From the NCBI GenBank assembly GCA_031425235.1, contig JANPIZ010000004.1, positions 66,251 to 130,250 of the forward strand: a DNA stretch of 64,000 nucleotides. The letters are read 5' to 3'. The stretch's first letter is position 1. The number at the start of each line of letters is the position of its first letter. Of the stretch, positions 58,128 through 64,000 are shown piece after piece. The notes beneath the pieces are model-generated. The model was not told the origin of the DNA. It did not search any database and saw only the letters and a program-made list of their open reading frames with translations. A program made the position numbers and the translations under genes. The stretch is from Candidatus Nomurabacteria bacterium (lineage in GTDB: Bacteria > Patescibacteriota > Minisyncoccia > Phycocordibacterales > UBA9973).

Positions 58128-60020
58128 CTAAACTATTTTAATAGTCCCCTCTGAGTTGCCGGCCATTATATAGTCGGCAACTTTGTTTTCCACGAGGTCT
58201 TCGATAGCTCTTTTTATTGGTCTTGCGCCAAACTGCGGATCAAAGCCAGCTGCAGCCACTTTGTCTATCAAAGCATCTGTTATATCTAAGGTTATTTTTT
58301 TATCTTCTTGTAGTCGGTCCGCAAATTCAGCAAGTAGAAGTGAAGCTATCTGCCTCCCCTGTGATTGATCAAGTGGTTTGAAAAGGATGACGCTATTAAA
58401 GCGATTTAAAAATTCTGGCGCAAATGCACCATTTTGTATTACGGTATTTATAAAAGTTTTCTTTTCGATATTTGGGTTCGCCATGATATCACTACTCCCG
58501 GCGTTCGAAGTTGCGATAATAATAGCGTCTTTAAAGCTTGCTTCCCTACCCGAGCTCTTTGTTAGTCGCCCTTCATCAAGAACTTGTAAAAGTAAGTTTC
58601 GAACGAGAACATTTGACTTTTCAAGCTCATCAAAAAATACAAGAGAAAGTGGTGCTTCCTCAATAGCGCTCGTGAGCCTGTCAGTAAAAGCAATCGTAGA
58701 TCCCTCAAGCGAAAACTCACTCATGTCAAAACGAATCATGGCATTTTTCCTACCAAAATAACTTTCCGCTAGTATTTTTGCCGTATATGTTTTACCGACA
58801 CCAGTCGGACCCAAGAAAAGAAAGCTCCCTGCGGGCTTGCTGTGATCCGCGATACCGGTGCGAAGTCGCACTAAAGCCTCCGTAACATCTTCCACGGCTT
58901 CATCTTGTCCAACTATTTTCGCCCTCATGGAAGTTTTGAGATATTGTAACACCTGTCTTTCGTCTGCGCTGATAGCTCCGATCGGCATATTGATCTTGTC
59001 AGATATGATCTGTTGTACATCTTCTACTGTGATGGTTTTGCCGAGAGTTTTGAGTTCCTCGAGCACACCGATGGACTTTATTGGTTGGGATTGATTGCCA
59101 ATTAACCGATCTGTCAATCTAACAATTTCAAAAACAGCATCTTCATGTATAGATATGTCGCTCTTGCGCGCATTGTCTCTCAGTATCATCATCGTATCCT
59201 CGACGCTTGTTTCATTCAAATCAACTTTTGAAAATTTGGACAAAAATTCGGGGTGATTTTTTAATACTTGGTCATAATTTGAAAAATCAGTCGTCACCAC
59301 AATTCCAAGATGCGCCACGGAAAGGTAAGGTAAAAGTTTTTCATACATAGATTCGTAGAGGTGTATATTTTCTATCACTAGAATAATGTTGCCGGCAGCA
59401 GCAGCTTCTTTGAGACATTTTTCAAAATCAGATACGTTTATGTCTTCTACGAACAATTCAACTACGCGATGATGATGAATACCGGGAAAAGACATCCCAG
59501 ACTTACCGAGGAGCCCTAAATATGACACAACAGTCGACTTACCGGTACCGGTCTCCCCCACAATAAGTACATTATGATTTGAATCCTTCGAAAGACCACG
59601 CTCTATCATGCGGAGTGCTTTTTCTTTACCATACACTTTCTGTGTTGAGGCGTCTCCAAGATCACGACTATGGGCGTTAAGTGTGTACGTTTCGCCATAC
59701 GAAAGCGATGAACCAAAACTAGGCAAGCCTTCAAAGTATTCTTTACTTATTTTTAAAGGTAAAAAGAAAAAAATCGGAAACGTTCCAATGGTGACGAGTG
59801 TGAACAGAAGTCCAAGGATAATAAGTATACTGCGAGCAAAAAATCCAAGCATTCGTGAGAAGATGGAGAATATAATTCGTTCAAACAAGGTGGAGTGTGC
59901 CCCGACATCTTTGTCCATTTTCCAGGGCAAAAACAGAGTATCAGCAAGGAGTGGAATAGAAAAAGCATTGTACGCATAGACCACGAGGTTCCTCCACGAT
60001 TGTATTCCAGGATGCATCAC
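58128..60020 (-). CDS. ClpA/B-like AAA+ ATPase with N-terminal membrane segment
   Basis: GETGTGKS; IVGQDEAV; SFLFLGPTGVGKT; RFDMSEF; LLQVLDEGRLT; PEFLNR; FGARP. Confidence 0.9.
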   Translation of the reverse strand: MMHPGIQSWRNLVVYAYNAFSIPLLADTLFLPWKMDKDVGAHSTLFERIIFSIFSRMLGFFARSILIILGLLFTLVTIGTFPIFFFLPLKISKEYFEGLPSFGSSLSYGETYTLNAHSRDLGDASTQKVYGKEKALRMIERGLSKDSNHNVLIVGETGTGKSTVVSYLGLLGKSGMSFPGIHHHRVVELFVEDINVSDFEKCLKEAAAAGNIILVIENIHLYESMYEKLLPYLSVAHLGIVVTTDFSNYDQVLKNHPEFLSKFSKVDLNETSVEDTMMILRDNARKSDISIHEDAVFEIVRLTDRLIGNQSQPIKSIGVLEELKTLGKTITVEDVQQIISDKINMPIGAISADERQVLQYLKTSMRAKIVGQDEAVEDVTEALVRLRTGIADHSKPAGSFLFLGPTGVGKTYTAKILAESYFGRKNAMIRFDMSEFSLEGSTIAFTDRLTSAIEEAPLSLVFFDELEKSNVLVRNLLLQVLDEGRLTKSSGREASFKDAIIIATSNAGSSDIMANPNIEKKTFINTVIQNGAFAPEFLNRFNSVILFKPLDQSQGRQIASLLLAEFADRLQEDKKITLDITDALIDKVAAAGFDPQFGARPIKRAIEDLVENKVADYIMAGNSEGTIKIV

Positions 60021-60070
60021 CTTATTCTATCACAGATAATTAAGACAGAAAATAAAGAATTCCCTGCAAG

Positions 60071-60099
60071 TAGACAAAATACCGCTAATCTGTTATACT
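60071..60099 (+). promoter_or_regulatory. Sigma70-type promoter upstream of the rny leader
   Basis: TAGACA-17 nt-TATACT with a TG extension. Confidence 0.65.
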
Positions 60100-60138
60100 A
60101 TTTTTGTTAATTTACAAATTTATTTTCTTAATTTTTAG

Positions 60139-60285
60139 TCGGGTTCACAAGAATATCCATATATTATTATGTTTTCAAAAGAAACAAGAGAAGATACAAT
60201 CATAGAAATTTTCCCAATCTCTTTGTGTAAAATTTTTTTAGGGAAACAGAGCCGAATATATAATGGCTTGTTCTTGTAGGCTTGA
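60139..60285 (+). ncRNA. Candidate rod-shaped RNA (6S-like or rny leader)
   Basis: Nested pairings TCGGGTT/GGCTTGA, ACAAGAA/TTCTTGT, ATATATT/AATATAT, GTTTTC/GGAAAC, ACAAGAGA/TCTCTTTGT. Confidence 0.45.
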
Positions 60286-60294
60286 AACAAGCTT

Positions 60295-61827
60295 ATGAGC
60301 ATAACATTAATCACAATTCTAATAAGCGCACTGGCGCTTCTTTTAGGTGTTGGAGTAGGATACTATTTGCGTTTCATTATAGCCCTTGGCAAGAGACGCT
60401 CAATCGAAATAGATATCAAGCAAATGATGGTTGGCGCGAAAGAAGAATCGCAAAAAATCATTGATGAAGCAAAAAAGATATCAGAAACAAGGCTCGCGGA
60501 ATTAAAAGAAGAAGAGAAGAAAAAAGAGCAAGAATTCAAAGAAACTGAAAAAAGACTCATCAAAAAAGACGAGTTTCTTGATGGGCGCCAAACTGAGATA
60601 GATAAAGAAGTAGAAAATATAAAAACAAAGGTAGAAGAAATAAAGAAAATACAAGAAAAAGTTCAGAAAACAGAAGCTGAAAAGACTCTCGAGCTCGAAC
60701 GAGTATCTCAGCTTTCTAAAGAAGAGGCAAAGGAAGAATTACTTAAAGATGTTGAGAAAAATTACGAGGAAGATCTTGTCGTCCGAATTCAAAAACTTGA
60801 AAATGGCAATGAAGAGAAGTTGGAGCGCCGAGCAAAAGACATATTGGCTACAAGCATCCAACGTCTCGCTAAAAGTACGGCCTCTGAGCTCATGACCACA
60901 GTGGTCACTATCACCAACAACGAAATGAAAGGTAAAATCATCGGTAAAGAGGGGCGAAATATCCGCGCGTTCGAACGAGCGGCAGGTGTCGAACTTATCG
61001 TCGATGATACTCCAGGCTCGATAGTCATTTCTTCATTTGATCCTATTCGTAGACAAGTCGCTCGTCTTGCACTCGAAAACCTGATTCTCGATGGACGTAT
61101 CCAGCCAGCTAAAATAGAAGAGCTCGTCGAAAAAGCTAAGGAAGAAATCAATAAGATCATTAAAGAAAAAGGTGAACAAGCAGTATACGAATGCGGCATA
61201 TTCAATCTCGACCCACGCATCGTGGCTATTGTCGGTCGGCTATATTTCCGTACCAGCTTCGGACAAAATGTACTCCAACACTCAATAGAGATGGCCCACA
61301 TCGCCGGCATGATCGCTGAGGAACTTGGTGCTGATGTTGCCATAGCAAAAGCCGGCGCCCTCGTTCACGACATAGGAAAAGCTCTCGACCATGAAGTACA
61401 AGGTACGCACGTGGATATCGGTATGCGTATATTGCAGAAATTTGGTGCTGATGAACGCATTGTGACAGCTATGAAGAGTCATCACGAAGCATACCCATAT
61501 GAAACTGTTGAATCTATCATCGTTCAGACCGCCGATGCAATATCTGGCGGACGCCCTGGAGCACGACGTGACTCAGTTGAAAATTATTTGAAACGACTGC
61601 AAGAGCTCGAAACCCTTGTAAATGCATTCCCTGGCATCGAAAAATCCTATGCTCTTCAAGCTGGCCGTGAGATCCGCATATTTGTAACACCCGAAAAGGT
61701 AACTGATGCCGAAGCAAAGATCATGGCTCGCGATATGGCTATAAAAATAGAACAAGAACTCAAATATCCAGGTGAAATCAAAGTCACTATGATCCGAGAA
61801 ACACGTATTATCGAATACGCTCGTTAA
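60295..61827 (+). CDS. rny: Ribonuclease Y
   Basis: TM plus coiled coil; KH motif MKGKIIGKEGRNIR; HD domain LQHS.E...LVHDIGK; ADAISG.RPGAR. Confidence 0.98.
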   Translation: MSITLITILISALALLLGVGVGYYLRFIIALGKRRSIEIDIKQMMVGAKEESQKIIDEAKKISETRLAELKEEEKKKEQEFKETEKRLIKKDEFLDGRQTEIDKEVENIKTKVEEIKKIQEKVQKTEAEKTLELERVSQLSKEEAKEELLKDVEKNYEEDLVVRIQKLENGNEEKLERRAKDILATSIQRLAKSTASELMTTVVTITNNEMKGKIIGKEGRNIRAFERAAGVELIVDDTPGSIVISSFDPIRRQVARLALENLILDGRIQPAKIEELVEKAKEEINKIIKEKGEQAVYECGIFNLDPRIVAIVGRLYFRTSFGQNVLQHSIEMAHIAGMIAEELGADVAIAKAGALVHDIGKALDHEVQGTHVDIGMRILQKFGADERIVTAMKSHHEAYPYETVESIIVQTADAISGGRPGARRDSVENYLKRLQELETLVNAFPGIEKSYALQAGREIRIFVTPEKVTDAEAKIMARDMAIKIEQELKYPGEIKVTMIRETRIIEYAR

Positions 61828-61971
61828 AAAACTATTATTTTTAATTTTTTAACTGCATTTTGATGAGCTTGCCCTTAAAAAACCCTTACTATATAATACT
61901 AAGAGACTACTAACGTAGTAATTATAGGCTTAATTTGGTCGAAAGAATTATAAAACTAACTTTTTAAAAAT

Positions 61972-62244
61972 ATGAATAAACAAGCATTAGCGGATTTAGT
62001 ACACGGAAAACTAGGTGGTACAAAAGTACAAGCTGAAGAAGTAGTGGACGGTTTGTTTGAGGCTATTATCGGAACTTTGAAAAAAGGTGGTGAAGTTTCA
62101 ATAGCTGGTTTTGGTATCTTTTCTGTAAAAGGACGTGCAGCGCGTATGGCTCGTAATCCAAAAACTGGAGAACAAGTCAAAGTAGCTGCAAAGAAAGTTC
62201 CAAAATTTCGACCTGCAAAAGGTTTGAAGGACGCTGTAGCGTAA
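61972..62244 (+). CDS. hup: DNA-binding protein HU
   Basis: MNK..L...GFG.F....RAAR.ARNPKTGE...VPKF.P.K.LKDAV. Confidence 0.97.
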   Translation: MNKQALADLVHGKLGGTKVQAEEVVDGLFEAIIGTLKKGGEVSIAGFGIFSVKGRAARMARNPKTGEQVKVAAKKVPKFRPAKGLKDAVA

Positions 62245-62259
62245 ATTATCTCCTTACAC

Positions 62260-62296
62260 AAAACAAAAAACACCCTTGTCGGGTGTTTTTTGTTTT
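62260..62296. terminator. Bidirectional terminator between HU and lexA
   Basis: AAAACAAAAAACACCC-TTGTC-GGGTGTTTTTTGTTTT. Confidence 0.85.
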
Positions 62297-62305
62297 AGTA
62301 GTGAT

Positions 62306-62872
62306 TTAATATTTTCGAATGACTGCTTTTAGTACTGCATTGATATTTAAAGAATGTTCGGGATATATCGGCTGGTAGTTTTTGTTCGCTGGTTCAAGCC
62401 ACGATTTACTTCCCTCTTTTCTAAAGTATTTCATAGTAAATTCTCCATCTACTTCGGCTATAACTATCTGTCCGTCGCGAGCCGTGTTTGCCCGTTCCAC
62501 TAAAATCATATCACCAGGCTCTATATGCGCATCTATCATTGAGTCACCATCTACCTCAAGCATGTAGGTGAGAGATTTATTTTTCACGAGCATATCATCG
62601 AGGTTCACAGTGTCAGCCAATTCTTCCTCTACGCTCGCTGGCAAACCAGCTGTTACAAAACCAAGTTTTGGAATTTCTCCAAATGTTTCTGAGGGAGTAA
62701 GTCGGCCAAGATGATCTTTGGTTACTATTCCCGATTCCATTAGTTTTTCGACAACCTTAAATACAGCATTTTTAGATTTGAAACCAAAGAGCTGCATCAT
62801 CTCGGTATATGTAGGCATTCGTTTATTGTCAGAATAAAAAGATTCTATTTTTGTTTGATAAATATTCCGCAT
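62306..62872 (-). CDS. lexA: SOS repressor LexA
   Basis: N-terminal wHTH MPTYTEM...GFKSKNAV; VTAGLP Ala-Gly cleavage site; VDGDSM serine; FTMKY lysine. Confidence 0.92.
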   Translation of the reverse strand: MRNIYQTKIESFYSDNKRMPTYTEMMQLFGFKSKNAVFKVVEKLMESGIVTKDHLGRLTPSETFGEIPKLGFVTAGLPASVEEELADTVNLDDMLVKNKSLTYMLEVDGDSMIDAHIEPGDMILVERANTARDGQIVIAEVDGEFTMKYFRKEGSKSWLEPANKNYQPIYPEHSLNINAVLKAVIRKY

Positions 62873-62941
62873 CCCGGTACTAAAATTTTAAATTGTAATT
62901 TTTAATGATCATATATATTTTGTTGAATTTAGTACGGGACA
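62873..62941 (-). repeat. Family A2 element (69 nt) ending on the lexA ATG
   Basis: TGTCCCGTACTAAATT...AAAATTTTAGTACCGGG then ATG; compensatory G-C to C-G swap relative to the tig and recJ copies. Confidence 0.88.
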
Positions 62942-62944
62942 AGT

Positions 62945-63145
62945 CTAGAATGCAAGGTTAGCAAAAGTTGGAAAAAAGCGATTGAAAAAATTCTTGCGAG
63001 AATGGTATCGAACCTTCTGAAGAAGTAGTTTGTGATTTCGAGCTTCCTTGATATATGACTCCCCTTGTAAGATCTTCAAGTCGATCTTCTTGTTAATGAC
63101 TTGTATTTCTCGCTCTAGCATTTTTAAGTATTGTGATTGTGACAT
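62945..63145 (-). CDS. Small protein (66 aa) leading the lexA operon
   Basis: ORF between the SOS-box promoter and lexA; ATG directly after the family D leader. Confidence 0.7.
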   Translation of the reverse strand: MSQSQYLKMLEREIQVINKKIDLKILQGESYIKEARNHKLLLQKVRYHSRKNFFNRFFPTFANLAF

Positions 63146-63189
63146 TTGATTCTGCGAATCACGTCGCGTAAGTCCTTTTGGCGCGACGC
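63146..63189 (-). promoter_or_regulatory. Family D two-hairpin leader motif
   Basis: GCGTCGCGCC...ACGCGACG-TGATTCGCAGAATCAA then ATG. Confidence 0.6.
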
Positions 63190-63234
63190 AATCTGTTTAA
63201 TTTTACTAATCTGACCCGACGTGGTCATGTGTAT

Positions 63235-63263
63235 AGTATAGGTGAACGATCGTTCACTGTCAA
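63235..63263 (-). promoter_or_regulatory. Sigma70 promoter with an SOS box in the spacer
   Basis: TTGACA-GTGAACGATCGTTCACC-TATACT; perfect palindrome matching GAAC-N4-GTTC. Confidence 0.88.
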
Positions 63264-63294
63264 CAACCTCACATGTGGATAACTACCAGCACAA

Positions 63295-63846
63295 CTATTC
63301 TAGATACTCTAGTATTTTTTTATATTCTTCGAGATGAAGACACATCTTCTCTCCCTTGCCAGATATCCACTTTTCAAACTCCTCTTTATCGAGCCACCTC
63401 ACTTCTTCTACTTCATCTGGTGGTAATTTAAATTCTTCTAGAGGTGCGTCGTGATTTACAATATATACGTCGTTGAGTGCGTGCTCGATATGTGAACCAT
63501 TGTTTAAAATATACTGCTCTTCAATAGTAAATAAATATTTAAAATCAGATAGTAGTAGCGTTACTCCGAGCTCTTCTTCGGTTTCTGTTTGAGCCCCTTC
63601 GAGGCTCGACTGCCCGGCAAGCACATGTCCCGAAGCGGAGTTGTCCCAATATCCGGGATACACACGAACTTGTTTTGACCGCTTTTGCAAAAGTATTTGA
63701 CCTTTAGAATTTAAAAGCCAGACATGTGCAGTGATGTGAAGTAAACCTTTTTCATGTACTTCAGTATATGTTTTTGATTCTCCTGTCTTTTCACCCTGTT
63801 CATTTACAATATCAAATACATCATCTTTGTCTTTGTATTTTTCCAT
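63295..63846 (-). CDS. NUDIX hydrolase (IPP-isomerase-like clade)
   Basis: H..GLLH...H.W, LLQKRS....YPG.WD.SASGHV.AG.......ETEEELG. Confidence 0.9.
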   Translation of the reverse strand: MEKYKDKDDVFDIVNEQGEKTGESKTYTEVHEKGLLHITAHVWLLNSKGQILLQKRSKQVRVYPGYWDNSASGHVLAGQSSLEGAQTETEEELGVTLLLSDFKYLFTIEEQYILNNGSHIEHALNDVYIVNHDAPLEEFKLPPDEVEEVRWLDKEEFEKWISGKGEKMCLHLEEYKKILEYLE

Positions 63847-63865
63847 ATGTTACATAGTAGCATAT

Positions 63866-64000
63866 TTAAGTATTCACTTTTGGTCGATACTGTATTGCTT
63901 CTAATATATGCTTGGCTTGTATCTCGTTAGAATGTTCTAGGTCTGCAATAGTACGAGCTATCTTGATAACTCTATGGTATGCACGCGCGGAAAGGCCGAG
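63866..64000 (-). CDS. comM: 3' end of ComM/YifB AAA+ helicase (partial)
   Basis: Manual translation [44 protein letters not shown] matches the ComM C-terminus. Confidence 0.85.
   Translation of the reverse strand, partial: LGLSARAYHRVIKIARTIADLEHSNEIQAKHILEAIQYRPKVNT

Noticed and set aside
61925-61950. GTCGAAA loop motif in the HU and surface-protein leaders
   Set aside because: Too short and the stems too weak to separate from chance without more examples
586-62296. Similar hairpins at 586, 1584 and 62260 as a mobile repeat family
   Set aside because: Position and A/T tails fit ordinary intrinsic terminators
1-64000. CRISPR array, tRNA or rRNA genes
   Set aside because: The repeats are dispersed rather than regularly spaced, there are no cas genes, and I saw no cloverleaf or rRNA-like stretch by eye

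Overview
AT-rich chromosomal segment, standard genetic code. Gene content points to a Patescibacteria/CPR (Parcubacteria-like) bacterium; this is inference from the housekeeping genes (ftsK, recA, efp, rpsF-ssb-rpsR, metG, glyQS, ileS, argS, nusA, tig, clpP, rny, HU, lexA), type IV pilus/competence genes (pilB, pilC, minor pilins, split comEC, comM), six NUDIX genes and Cys-rich surface proteins. I found no rRNA, tRNA or CRISPR array. The most interesting signals are dispersed palindromic elements that are always oriented with transcription. Family A has GTAG...CTAC inverted arms and seven copies; one copy encloses a stand-alone GIY-YIG nuclease gene, three are exactly 69 nt and end on a start codon, and two supply stop codons. 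Family B is a 39-bp hairpin inserted in frame into recA, ileS, argS and tig (peptide PARNAxxxAxAGG), with a fifth copy at the ftsK start. Family C is a ~118-nt multi-stem element in two copies. Family D is a two-hairpin leader shared by nusA and the lexA operon. Also notable: a TGTC(C/T) motif array inside a putative winged-helix gene next to ftsK, an ileS T-box with an ultrashort stem I plus terminator, a GIHH-motif IleRS with a histidine-phosphatase insert, and a 6S-like rod upstream of rny.
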